Origin: an uncultured delta proteobacterium
GTDB taxonomy: Bacteria; Desulfobacterota; Binatia; UBA9968
NCBI GenBank assembly: GCA_963727625.1
Contig: CAVSHR010000002.1
Span: forward strand, 96,001-160,000
Reading direction: 5' to 3'
Length of the DNA stretch: 64,000 nt
The notes under the pieces were generated by a model. That model saw only the letters and a program-made list of their open reading frames with translations. It was not told the DNA's origin and did no database searches. A program made the translations under genes and the position numbers. Of the stretch, positions 39,999 to 49,730 are shown one piece after another (within the stretch, counting starts at the first letter, position 1; every line of letters begins with the position of its first letter).

Positions 39999-41237
39999 CT
40001 AAGTCTCGGAGAAATGTAACAGAGACGCGATCGCATCGAGATGCGCAATCGAGTAGACGAGAACGGATACGACGCAGAGAGCCAGGTAGCCCAGTTGCAG
40101 CCGCTCTGCGCGATCGAGGGATCTTGGGCGGCGGAGGCGGCGTGGCAACCTCGGCATCAGCGCCAACGCCTGATGTCGGAGCATCGGCATGGCCGCCAGA
40201 TCCGCGAGAATGTTGTAGCCGTCCATTTCGAGGAAGTTGAAGGGGTAGAGATTAATCAAGGCGCCTTCCCACAGCATCACGCCGATGCCGAACAGCAATG
40301 CCTGTCCGATTCCCGGACCGGCCGCATGCGCGCCGATGATCGCGGCGCTGCCCAAAACGACTTCGACCATCGGACCCGATAAGTCGACGATTACACGGGC
40401 GCTCCGGCTGGACATGAAAATATCGGTGACGTCGGCGTACCACGCCGGCCGCACCCCCTGCAGCAGAAAAAAACCCAACTCTCGAACCCTGCGGCCGTAG
40501 GATTTGCACGCGAGCGCATGGACGAGAGTGTGCAGCATGGAAGCGGTGAACAGGGTGACCAGCATGGTGCCGGTGACGGTGAACGGCCGTGCTTTCAGAT
40601 AGTAGGCAAAAATTTGCGCGCTCAAGCCATGGCGGAGCGCCAGCGCGATGGCGACGGCCGCAAGGCCAATCGCTGCCCAGCAGGTGATCGGATGAAACAG
40701 CAAGAAGCCGCCGCGATCGTAAATGATCGAGCAGAATCGGTCAGCGTTGGGAACTTTGAATGAGGCGCCGCGCCATCTTTTTAGCGCGGATTTAAGACGG
40801 TGCGGCCGCCCCTGTTCGTGGGCACCGGTAGGGTTGGGTCGTAAGTCTCTGCCCGGTTGAGTTTCAAGCAGACCGCTGCCGTAGAGCTTGGCCAGCAACT
40901 GGCGGATCAACGAGTGATCAAAGGCGCCCACTGTCAGATGAAAAGCCCGGGCGATTTCCTCAAGTGAATGACGGCCGTCGAAGTATTCCCAGAGAAAGTG
41001 TTCCTTTGCGTTGAGCAGCAGGTAGCGGTCCACACCGAGATTTCTGAGCATGTAGTGACGCGTTCCATCCGCACCCAGCGGTTGCGGTGTGAGCTCCCAT
41101 TCTGTTGCCGGTAAACGCCGCGGTTTATACGCCCAATAGAGCCGCCGACTTTCAAGCTCGATAATCTGAAAGTCGGCAGCGCCGGTACGGCGAGTCAGCA
41201 ACTCGAGTTTGGCTGGTTCGGCCATCGAAAGGATCAA
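39999..41237 (-). CDS. M50 (site-2 protease)-like membrane protein with N-terminal PqqD/RRE-like region; HExxH altered to HTLVH
   Basis: FLWEYFDGRHSLEEIA, MLHTLVHALACKSYGRRV, AWYADVTD, NLYPFNFLEMDGY. Confidence 0.7.
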   Translation of the reverse strand: MILSMAEPAKLELLTRRTGAADFQIIELESRRLYWAYKPRRLPATEWELTPQPLGADGTRHYMLRNLGVDRYLLLNAKEHFLWEYFDGRHSLEEIARAFHLTVGAFDHSLIRQLLAKLYGSGLLETQPGRDLRPNPTGAHEQGRPHRLKSALKRWRGASFKVPNADRFCSIIYDRGGFLLFHPITCWAAIGLAAVAIALALRHGLSAQIFAYYLKARPFTVTGTMLVTLFTASMLHTLVHALACKSYGRRVRELGFFLLQGVRPAWYADVTDIFMSSRSARVIVDLSGPMVEVVLGSAAIIGAHAAGPGIGQALLFGIGVMLWEGALINLYPFNFLEMDGYNILADLAAMPMLRHQALALMPRLPRRLRRPRSLDRAERLQLGYLALCVVSVLVYSIAHLDAIASLLHFSET

Positions 41238-41746
41238 GTAGACTTGCGGCCGAACGAAGGATACTCGACCATCGTTGAATATCCGGTCGCTTCCAGGCCC
41301 CAGCGTATAGCCTCGCGGGTTTGTTCATTGGTCATGCGCAGTCTCGCAATAAAAACATTCACTAGCCGGTAGCAAATTCTGGCGGCCATTTCGGGGTAAT
41401 CTGTGAGGATGTGCTGAAAGGCCTCGCGGTCGAGGCGCCAGAGAATCGCTTCGGATTCCGCGTGCGCGGTGGCGGACCGGGGTGCGGTATCGAATAGTCC
41501 CATCTCGCCGAAAAAGTCGCCTCGCTGAAAGCGAGTCAGGACGATATCAACGTCGCCTTTGACATGCTTACTGATGATGATTCGACCGCTTTCCACCAAG
41601 TACAGCGCGTCGGAGCCGTCCAGCTCGCGAAAAATCACTGCTCCCGCGGGAATTTTCTTCGAAACCAGGAGCGCCGCCAAGTTTATCAGGGCCGGCTGAT
41701 CCAGGTCCTGCAACAACGCGACGCTTTTTAGAAACTTTGCAACCAT
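41234..41746 (-). CDS. Stand-alone cyclic-nucleotide-binding domain protein
   Basis: IFRELDGSDALYLVESG, GDFFGEMGLFDTAPRSATA; no HTH. Confidence 0.85.
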   Translation of the reverse strand: MVAKFLKSVALLQDLDQPALINLAALLVSKKIPAGAVIFRELDGSDALYLVESGRIIISKHVKGDVDIVLTRFQRGDFFGEMGLFDTAPRSATAHAESEAILWRLDREAFQHILTDYPEMAARICYRLVNVFIARLRMTNEQTREAIRWGLEATGYSTMVEYPSFGRKST

Positions 41747-41848
41747 GGGCGTGGTCCGATACGAAATCGGTAGCAATGCTATCCGCACCGGGCGTGAAAC
41801 GCAAAGAACCGGCAAACGCTACCGTTCCGCGGCGCGCATCATTCCCCG

Positions 41849-41872
41849 TCGGCAGTGCCGCGGCACTGCCGA
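41849..41872. terminator. Perfect 24-bp palindrome, probable terminator/processing hairpin
   Basis: TCGGCAGTGCCG|CGGCACTGCCGA between desaturase and cNMP genes. Confidence 0.5.
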
Positions 41873-41907
41873 TCTCAATTGCTAAGGCGTAAAATTTGGC
41901 GGTGGCT

Positions 41908-42882
41908 TCAGGCGGCGGATGCGTATCTTCTGCGCGGCAACTGTTCGTCGCGATTGTAGGCCTTGGTGGGTACCGGTTTTAGGTCCCAGATGACGCCCAT
42001 CCAGGACAGGAATTTTAAGATGTAGTAGGTAATGTCGATTTCCCACCAGAAAAATCCCTGGCGGGTGCAGCCCATATGTTTGTGGTGGTTGTTGTGCCAG
42101 CCTTCGCCGAGAGTGATCAGCGCAAGCCAAAAGTTATTGCGGCTCTCGTCGCCGGTGTCGTAGCGCTTATTGCCGAAAATATGGGCGAGGGAGTTGATGC
42201 TGGCGGTGGCGTGGAAAAGCACCGTTGTGCTGAGGACAAACGCCCAGACAAACAGTTGCATGGCGGTAACGCCGAGAGATGGCACGGCATGCTCAAGCCA
42301 TAGGCCGCAAAGGTACACCCCCACTGCCAAAGCGGCGGGCACGGCTTTGTCGAAGCGATTCAGCCAGACTAGCTCGGGAAAGCGGGCAAAGTCGCGGATT
42401 CGCTCGTATTGAGTGGCGTAGTAACGCGTGCACATGAACCAACCGGCATGGGAGCGGAGAAAACCATAGTGCACCGGCGAGTGCGGGTCGGCCGGCGTGT
42501 CCGAATTGCGGTGATGATTGCGATGATTCGCCGCCCACCAGAGCGGTCCCCGCTGTGACGCCGAAGCGCCCATGAAGGCAAAAATAAACTGCGCCACGCG
42601 CGAGGTCTTGAACGTGCGATGCGAAAAGTAGCGGTGATAGATGCCGGTGATCGCGAACATCCGGACTAGATAAAGACCGATTGCAGCATAAACCGCCGTC
42701 CAGCTCCAACCCACGAAAAAGATTCCAAGGCAACCTAAGTGCAGGATGACGAAGGGCAGGCAGCGCAGCCAGTTAACGCGGTCGATATCGCGAATTCTGG
42801 TGACGGCACTGGCGGCGTGGTAGTCGGCGTCAAACCATTGCACCACAGTGGTCACTATAGTTTTCTTATGTAGAGGCTCCAT
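41908..42882 (-). CDS. Acyl-CoA/acyl-lipid delta-9 desaturase
   Basis: His boxes HRYFSH, HRNHH, GEGWHNNHH; WWEIDITY. Confidence 0.92.
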   Translation of the reverse strand: MEPLHKKTIVTTVVQWFDADYHAASAVTRIRDIDRVNWLRCLPFVILHLGCLGIFFVGWSWTAVYAAIGLYLVRMFAITGIYHRYFSHRTFKTSRVAQFIFAFMGASASQRGPLWWAANHRNHHRNSDTPADPHSPVHYGFLRSHAGWFMCTRYYATQYERIRDFARFPELVWLNRFDKAVPAALAVGVYLCGLWLEHAVPSLGVTAMQLFVWAFVLSTTVLFHATASINSLAHIFGNKRYDTGDESRNNFWLALITLGEGWHNNHHKHMGCTRQGFFWWEIDITYYILKFLSWMGVIWDLKPVPTKAYNRDEQLPRRRYASAA

Positions 42883-43311
42883 TAAACATTGGACACTAGC
42901 ACGACCTTTGATCATATACAATGAATTTCGGTTTGATTCGTATCTTTTTCGAGCGGCTTTTACTTGGTCGCCCCCTTAGTTCCGATCGTTGATTGAGCCG
43001 ATCTTTGCCGGCTAAAGTAAGAGGTTACGTTTACCGATACAGGCGGAATTCTGTCTAACCGAAGGGCTGGCCGTATGGGACTCGGTCAAATACGACTCAG
43101 ATCCCCAGAAAGTCAAAGAATTGGCGGCGCGGTCGCTTTAGGCCGCAAGCTTTTTAACTCGGGTGACATGGTCGGAAGTTCGATGAAAGCGGGAACGATC
43201 GTGTCTAATCGCTGAGCGACTGGGAGGGAGCGTTCCGCTATGGCAGAGTCCCCCTCTAGATTGCCAAACGGTTTGGCAGAGCCCCGGGCAGACCGGACCG
43301 CGCCGGTGCGG

Positions 43312-43689
43312 CTAAAGATCCATGCGCCGTTTATAGCTCCAACCGACCGTGGAAATATCGAAGAGATTGCCGTCCGGGTCCGAGCCGCGTCCCTCGGCGT
43401 AGGTCGCTTCCCGCTCTTTCGGCGCGCCTTCGGGATAGACTTCTTGGATGCGCTTGGCAATTTCTTTGTTGTCTTCGACCTGAAAGCCGAAGTGATAGAG
43501 CCCGGGCTGGTGGCCCGGTTCCTTCGGATCGGTGGCATTCAAGATCGCCAGATTGACTTCGCCGTCGGAAAGATGCACCGAGCCGTTCTTGGTGCGATAC
43601 ATTTCCTGCATCTCGAAGACCCGCTTATAAAAATCCGCGAGTTTATCGGGCTGGTGCGTAAGAATCGCAAGATGACGGAGCTTGGCCAT
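43312..43689 (-). CDS. VOC family protein
   Basis: AKLRHLAI, LSDGEVNLAIL, GLYHFGFQVED, DPDGNLFDIS. Confidence 0.85.
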   Translation of the reverse strand: MAKLRHLAILTHQPDKLADFYKRVFEMQEMYRTKNGSVHLSDGEVNLAILNATDPKEPGHQPGLYHFGFQVEDNKEIAKRIQEVYPEGAPKEREATYAEGRGSDPDGNLFDISTVGWSYKRRMDL

Positions 43690-43872
43690 GGTCAATTCTC
43701 CTCTGGTTTTGTTTGCTTTGTTAAAAACTCCGCCTCTTGAGGCGGGCAAAAAGCCGATGGGGTTTCCAAAGGGGAGAAGTGGCAGCCTTCCCTTCGGTCG
43801 AACTGGCTGCCAGCGCTATCACCGGTTCCGCGAGCTGTCAATCTTGCACCGCGTGCGATGACGCTTTTCGGT

Positions 43873-44811
43873 TCAGAGCTCGGCCACATAGCGTGCCATG
43901 CGCTCGCGGGCCTGCGCGTCGGGCATGGGGCCGTCGGCTGCTTTCATGTTGTCGATCAGGTGATCGATCTTGCCGGTGGCCGGAAGCGCGCAGGTTACAA
44001 CCGGGTGGGCGATGATAAATTTAAGAAAAAACTGCGCCCAGCTCGCGCAGCCGAGTTCCTTGGACCAAGGCGGCAGCGCCTTGCCGCGGATGCCGCGGAA
44101 TAATTGCCCGGCCGCGAAGGGGCGGTTGACCAGCACGGCGATCCGTTTCTCGGCAGCCAGCGGCAAAAGCCTCCTCTCCGCGTCGCGCTCGACCAGAGAG
44201 TAATTGAGCTGGACAAAGTCTAACTCTTCGCGGACGATGGCGCGCTCGAGGTCGTCGTACGCGCTTGCCGTGTAGTGGGTGACGCCGATGTAGCGTACCC
44301 GGCCTTGCTCCTTCCAGCGCCGCAGCGTGGCCAGATGAGTGCGGTAATCGACGAGATTATGGACTTGCATCAAATCCATCCGGCTGGTGCGCAAACGCTT
44401 GAACGATTCTTCCATTTGGCGCACGCCGGCTTCGCGTCCGCTGGTCCAAACTTTGGTGGCAAGAAAAAGTTGATCGCGCGCGCCGAGCTCGCCGGCAAGA
44501 TCGCCAACAACACTTTCGGCCTTGCCGTACATCGGCGACGAATCGATGACGCTGCCGCCCGCCTTTATGAATTGACGCAACACCTGTTTGACCGGCTCGC
44601 GGGCGGCCGGCGCCGGGCCGACGTCGAAAGTCTGCCAGGTGCCGAGTCCGACGGCGGGCAAAGCCTCGGCGGTTTTTGGGATGGGCTTGTGTAAAATTGT
44701 TTCGGCCATGGCAACTTTTCCCGTGAGCGCGAACGCCCCGGCACCGAGGGCGGTGCGCAACAGACCGCGCCGTGAGATGGACCGAAACTGAATTGACATT
44801 AGTGGGTCCAT
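43873..44811 (-). CDS. Aldo/keto reductase with Tat-type signal
   Basis: SRRGLL, GLGTWQTF, DSSPMYG, DLMQVHNL. Confidence 0.9.
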   Translation of the reverse strand: MDPLMSIQFRSISRRGLLRTALGAGAFALTGKVAMAETILHKPIPKTAEALPAVGLGTWQTFDVGPAPAAREPVKQVLRQFIKAGGSVIDSSPMYGKAESVVGDLAGELGARDQLFLATKVWTSGREAGVRQMEESFKRLRTSRMDLMQVHNLVDYRTHLATLRRWKEQGRVRYIGVTHYTASAYDDLERAIVREELDFVQLNYSLVERDAERRLLPLAAEKRIAVLVNRPFAAGQLFRGIRGKALPPWSKELGCASWAQFFLKFIIAHPVVTCALPATGKIDHLIDNMKAADGPMPDAQARERMARYVAEL

Positions 44812-44866
44812 TGCGCCCTGTCCGGATGCTCTATCCCCAGTCCTGAGGCCGTGTCGCTCAACACTA

Positions 44867-45742
44867 TTAAATTCCCATATTATCTTCCGGTTTGCGCTTC
44901 GGTCCTTTGGTGCGCGGGATGCCGCGCCAATCCCCCCCCGCCATCCAGAATTCCGTCAGGCTGCCGAAGATGCTCAGCGGTATCGCCAGCGCCATGATGA
45001 AATACCAGAGGTTATCGCTGTAGCTGCCCAGAACCGACATGAGCATGGCGACGATTTTAGCCGTGGCACCGCCGAAAATCGCGCTCATCAACAACCGCGG
45101 ATAGCGCTGGACGCCGTATTGGGTGGCGTAAATTCCCCAGAGCACACCGATGAAGAATGCCAGAAAGGGCGCCAAGCAGAGCGCGAAGATCGCACCGGCC
45201 TCGCCGCCGCTTAAGGAAGTCTGCTGCAATTTCTCTTCCTCGGTTTGGCTGCCGACGCGGACATCGCCGCGAAGCACGCGGATGAGATAGTCCACCGCGC
45301 CGTGAATGCCGAGGTCCGAGCGCATACCGTCCCAATAAAGGGCAACTTTAGCCAGAAGGTTTTGGCCCGCGACCGGCTGCGGCAGCAACGGGCGCAGTTT
45401 CTCGCCGGCGGCGAAAGTGACCTCGCGCTCTTTGCGCGCCACCACCAGCACGACGCTTCTTTGCCGCTCAAGGTCGCTTACTGGCAGGCTCTGAAGCGCC
45501 CGCCGCGCAACCGCATCGATGGATTCGTCTTCGAGACTCTTGAGCGTCAAGACCGAAACGCTGTTCGCCGTTTCGGTATGAAAACGGTGCAACCGATGAT
45601 CGAGAACGTCAAAGCTTGCTTGGGGAAACATGCCGGCCAGATCGTTGACGCCGAGCCTTAACGGCGGCAAGTCGACTTCGGCGCCTGCTAGGCCGAAGCC
45701 CAGGCTCCATAACGCAAGGGTGAGAGCAATTCTCAACTTCAC
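44867..45742 (-). CDS. TPM-domain membrane protein
   Basis: Signal peptide, VNDLAGM, VLTLKSLEDESID; C-terminal TM helices. Confidence 0.7.
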   Translation of the reverse strand: MKLRIALTLALWSLGFGLAGAEVDLPPLRLGVNDLAGMFPQASFDVLDHRLHRFHTETANSVSVLTLKSLEDESIDAVARRALQSLPVSDLERQRSVVLVVARKEREVTFAAGEKLRPLLPQPVAGQNLLAKVALYWDGMRSDLGIHGAVDYLIRVLRGDVRVGSQTEEEKLQQTSLSGGEAGAIFALCLAPFLAFFIGVLWGIYATQYGVQRYPRLLMSAIFGGATAKIVAMLMSVLGSYSDNLWYFIMALAIPLSIFGSLTEFWMAGGDWRGIPRTKGPKRKPEDNMGI

Positions 45743-46509
45743 TAAATCGATCCTCTGGCGCGGCTTTCGAGCGCGGCGAGCTGGTCGCGGCCGAGCGGAA
45801 AACCGAATTGTTCGTTACGCATGCGCAAACGCTGCGCCGAGACTTCACGAATGATATTCGCGGCGCGCCGAAAAGTAGCTTCATTCCGGATCAGCACCGC
45901 CAGCGCGCGGCCGCCGCTGTCCTTGTGTTCGACCTCGTCGAGGAGAATTTCGTGGAATACCCTGGCGATCTTGCCGTGCAGGCCGCGTTTATCGAGTTGG
46001 TTGCATACGCGATAAAGCGCGCCGCCGCCCCCTTCGGTGAGCGTGATCGCGGCGCGCTCGAGGGCTTGGTCCTTGCGTCTTAGTTCCTTCGACGTCACCT
46101 TGCCGGAACCGTGCAAGAGTTGGGCGAAGCTCTTCGAGTATTTGGCGCGGACTCTGGCGAGCTTGCGGTCCTGCGGCAGCCAGGTGAGATCCCGGGGCGA
46201 GATTTTTTTCCCTTCGATTTCCTCAATAAGGTCCATCACCAAGCGCGCATGCTTGGTTTCGTCCGCCAGCTTATCGGTCAGCTCGGCGTAATCGCGCCGG
46301 TTCACGCTCCGGCCGACACCGGGATAAAGCGCGGTCAACGCATCGATGAGCGGTTTGATCGCAGAGTATTCTTTGAAGCCTTGGGCCTTGAGCCAGCGTA
46401 CATGGTCTTTATTGGTTCTAGACCTTTTAAAAAACGCCCGGACCACGGATGCTTCGGCGTTACGATAAGCTACCGCTAATCGAGTGAGTCTTCTAACGTA
46501 TGGATTCAT
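45742..46509 (-). CDS. Ferritin-like domain hypothetical protein
   Basis: Two DExxH motifs (DETKH, DEVEH). Confidence 0.6.
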   Translation of the reverse strand: MNPYVRRLTRLAVAYRNAEASVVRAFFKRSRTNKDHVRWLKAQGFKEYSAIKPLIDALTALYPGVGRSVNRRDYAELTDKLADETKHARLVMDLIEEIEGKKISPRDLTWLPQDRKLARVRAKYSKSFAQLLHGSGKVTSKELRRKDQALERAAITLTEGGGGALYRVCNQLDKRGLHGKIARVFHEILLDEVEHKDSGGRALAVLIRNEATFRRAANIIREVSAQRLRMRNEQFGFPLGRDQLAALESRARGSI

Positions 46510-46613
46510 GAGAGGCGCGAGGGGACGAAATTATCGTACTCCCTTTCGATTTGGTTCCTGCGTTCTAGCCTTTTTCGGCCATCTGCTCGACCGTTGATTT
46601 TATCCGGCCACGA

Positions 46614-46650
46614 TTTGAACGGCTTGAACGTTTTGAACGACTGGAACGAG
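46614..46650. repeat. 9-bp-period TGAAC short-repeat element
   Basis: tttgaacgg cttgaacgt tttgaacga ctggaacga. Confidence 0.7.
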
Positions 46651-46655
46651 TTCTT

Positions 46656-47168
46656 CTATTTCGGCACCGGGACGACCGTGCCGCATTTCTTGCAGGTGCG
46701 CAGTTTTTCGTCGCTGGAAAATTTCGCGTAAACCTGCCCCACCGGGTCGGCGCGATAATCGCCGACCTCGGCGGAGGTCTCGTAGACTTTCTCGCCGCAT
46801 TGATTGCAAAACCACTTGAAGTAATCGATCTCGCCCGCGCGGCGCTTGCGCTCGAAGACGATGAACCAGGAGTTTTCTTCGAGCCGCGGCGAATGCGGCA
46901 CGCCGGCGGGGCAGAGCAGAGTTTGGCCGGCTTTGATGTCGGCGGTATGTTCCTTGCCGGCTTCATCGCGGTAGACCAGATGCTGCACGCCGGTGAGTTG
47001 CAACGTCACTTCATCCGCCGGATCGACGTGAAAGTCCCAGCGCTCTTTGCGCCCGCTGCTCAAGAACGCGATGGACTCGGAGTCCTGCCAGAGCACCCGG
47101 CGGGTTTTGCCTTCGGCTTTAACTTCCTCGATCACGCCGGTGACATCGATGGGGACGAGCTCTTTCAT
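46656..47168 (-). CDS. 3-hydroxyanthranilate 3,4-dioxygenase-like cupin
   Basis: RWDFHVDPADE, PAGVPHSPR, ERKRR, WFCNQC and RTCKKCG rubredoxin-like Cys pairs. Confidence 0.78.
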   Translation of the reverse strand: MKELVPIDVTGVIEEVKAEGKTRRVLWQDSESIAFLSSGRKERWDFHVDPADEVTLQLTGVQHLVYRDEAGKEHTADIKAGQTLLCPAGVPHSPRLEENSWFIVFERKRRAGEIDYFKWFCNQCGEKVYETSAEVGDYRADPVGQVYAKFSSDEKLRTCKKCGTVVPVPK

Positions 47169-47285
47169 GCAAGAACTATAGCGCTTTCAAAAGTGAAGGA
47201 GCAAGCATTGGATGCAACCGCAAGATGGTTTGGGCGATCTGTATTATTTTGTTGCTTTTTCTAAATGGCTCTATAGAACTCCTTC

Positions 47286-47585
47286 ATGGCGAATTATCGC
47301 ATCGATGTGACCGACGAGGCAAAGTCGGATCTCACTCACTATACCGCGTTTGAGCGGAAACTTGTCGTGTCGCAGATTCGCGAGCAGCTTACGCATGAGC
47401 CATCGGTCGAAACCAGAAACCGGAAATCACTACGGGACAATCCTATCTCGACTTGGGAACTCCGGATTGGCAAATATCGGGTCTTCTATGAGGTTGATGA
47501 GGCGCCTCCTTCAGTTCGTGTTGTGTCTGTCGGTCATAAAGAGCACAATATGCTATTGATACGGGGCAAAGAGGTTCGGATATGA
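47286..47585 (+). CDS. Type II toxin, RelE/ParE family
   Basis: YRIDVTDEAKSDL, ETRNRKSLR, WELRIGKYRVFYEVD, VGHK. Confidence 0.85.
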   Translation: MANYRIDVTDEAKSDLTHYTAFERKLVVSQIREQLTHEPSVETRNRKSLRDNPISTWELRIGKYRVFYEVDEAPPSVRVVSVGHKEHNMLLIRGKEVRI

Positions 47586-47854
47586 AAACGATCGATATGG
47601 GGAAAGAGAAGTTTGACTTGACCGACGTCATTAAAATCGCGCGCCAAGAACCGGTGTTAATTGTCGCGCCGGATGGTAGCGAGTTTTGTTTGGCTGAAGC
47701 CGATGACTTCGAAAAGGAAATAGCCGCCTTGCGCGGTAGTCAGGCTTTTCAGAAATTCCTCGACCAGCGCTCTGCGAGCGCGAAAACCTATGCCCTCGAC
47801 GATATTGAAGCAGAGATTGACAGAGAACTTTCAATTCAGCGCAAAGACTCCTAG
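47582..47854 (+). CDS. Putative cognate antitoxin (Phd/YefM-like)
   Basis: 4-nt overlap with toxin; MKTID, ARQEPVLI, acidic C-terminus. Confidence 0.7.
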   Translation: MKTIDMGKEKFDLTDVIKIARQEPVLIVAPDGSEFCLAEADDFEKEIAALRGSQAFQKFLDQRSASAKTYALDDIEAEIDRELSIQRKDS

Positions 47855-47910
47855 CAAAATCTCCGCTCCCTCTCGCCCTGCTCGATAGTCGTGTTCACAG
47901 AGCCGTTTGT

Positions 47911-48117
47911 TTGCAACGTTCCTTCATCCGCCGGATCGACGTGAAAATCCCACCGTTCTTTGCGCCCGCTGCTCAAGAACGCGATCGATTCGGAGTCCTG
48001 CCAGAGCACTCGGCGGGTTTTGCCCTCGGCTTTAACTTCCTCGATCACGCCGGTGACATCGATGGGGACGAGCTCTTTTATGCAAGAACTATCGCGCTTT
48101 CGAAAGCGGTGGAGCAA
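47911..48117 (-). pseudogene. Duplicated 5' end plus upstream region of the 3-HAO-like gene (direct repeat of ~46998-47204)
   Basis: KELVPIDVTG...FHVDPADE identical in protein; start codon ATG changed to ATA; truncated after ~55 codons. Confidence 0.88.
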
Positions 48118-48267
48118 TAGAGTCTTGATGTCAATCTAGTTGCTTTTTTCACATGGTAACAGCTTAAAACTTCGCCTTCGTAAATTCTTTCTATAGTTGC
48201 CTTTTCGACCAGATCTAAGTATGCGATAAGGGATTTTCCGGAGCCTAGTATTGTTCGTATTGCGACT

Positions 48268-49685
48268 ATGGCCGATCATGTTTTTATTTGTTACGCGCGT
48301 GAGGATGCGGATTTTGTACTCCCCCTTGCGAGAGCTTTGAAGGAACGTAAGATCTCGGTTTGGTTGGACCAATGGGATATACCTCCGGGTTCGGACTGGG
48401 ATCGGTCCATCGAAATGCGATTTACGACTGTGCCAAGTTCATCATTGTCCTATCCAATCTTGCCGTGGATTCGTCCGAGGTCCGCGGTGAGTTACGCACC
48501 GCTATCGACGAAAAAAAGCCGGTCATACCGGTAATTCGCGCGCCATGCCGAGTTCCGCGCCAACTCCGAACTATTCAGCACGCAGATTTTTCTTCAAAGA
48601 AGCCGGACGACGAAGCCGCTTTAAGACAATTGTTACGCACGCTGGAAGTCACCACAGCTTTGACGGCCGAGCAAGCCGAGAAAATTGGCACTGAGCGAGG
48701 CTCCGGAGGCTCAGAGCCAAATAAACCGGAGGCCACCTGGTCCCGGAAAGGAGATCCATCGGCGCTCAGTGGCTATCTTCGCGCGATTTCTTCCGGTCAC
48801 AATTTACACATGGCTTTTGCCGGGGGTATAGTTGCGGTTGTAGTGATCTGGTGGTTCTGGCCACCCGCGCAACACCCGCACCTCCCGCCAGCCCCGGCGG
48901 TGCCGGCAGAATCAGTTAAATCTCCTTCCACGGTCACAGGATCTAAGGAACCGAGCGCCGTGGTTGAGAAGCCGATTGCCGGTCCGGAAATGGTTGTCAT
49001 CCCCGCCGGCACGTTTCAGATAGGCGATCAGCAGGGGAAAGGCGCCAAGGACGAAGTGCCGGTCCATTCCGTGCAATTCAGCAAGCCATTTGCTGTGAGC
49101 CGCTTCGAAGTGACCTTCGATGACTACGACGTATTCGCTAAGGCGACAAAGCGAAGATTCCCAAGCGATCAAGGTTGGGGACGCGGTCGGAGGCCTGTGA
49201 TCAATGTGTCGTGGGAAGATGCCCAAGCGTACGCAAAATGGTTGTCAGAGCAAGCAGGTAAGCGATATCGTTTGCCGACGGAGGCCGAGTGGGAGTATGC
49301 GGGGCGAGCCGGGAGCAAGACGGAATACTGGTGGGGCGATACTATTGGCCGAGGGCAGGCGAACTGCGACGGTTGCGGCAGTCAGTGGGATAACAAACAG
49401 AGCGGCCCCGTTGGATCGTTTAAGGCAAATTGTTTTGGGCTGTTCGACACCGCGGGTAACGTATGGGAATGGGTCGAGGATTGCTGGCATGACAACTACA
49501 ACGGCGCACCGATTGATGGCCGAGCGTGGAAAGCTGAGAACGGCGGGAGGTGCGGCCGTCGTGTGATCCGCGGCGGCTCCTGGGACAACGATCCGGTGTC
49601 CCTGCGATCATCGTTCCGCGGCAGGGACCTCGCCGACTTCCGGTTCAACTTCATCGGTTTCCGTCGCGCCCAGGACTTAAATTGA
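48268..49685 (+). CDS. TIR - linker - TM - FGE-sulfatase (C-type lectin fold) protein, frameshifted at 48413-48415
   Basis: HVFICYARED...VWLDQWDIPPGSDWDRSIE joins NAIYDCAKFIIVLS..SSEVRGEL if one A is added; TM GGIVAVVVIWWFW; RLPTEAEWEYA, GNVWEWVEDCW, RGGSW..IGFR. Confidence 0.82.
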
Positions 49686-49730
49686 TCTTTGTTCTTTGCC
49701 CTTTTACCCTTTGGGTTTTTGGGTGCCAGT

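Noticed and set aside
43100-43200. c-di-GMP-I riboswitch-like string (AAAGCTTGCGGCCTAAA on minus strand) upstream of the desaturase
   Set aside because: The GGCAAAC...GAAA tetraloop stem is not recognisable; an Rfam RF01051 scan would be needed
47851-48117. 88-aa ORF as a real second dioxygenase
   Set aside because: Start codon mutated, truncated before most of the cupin; it is the duplicated 5' fragment
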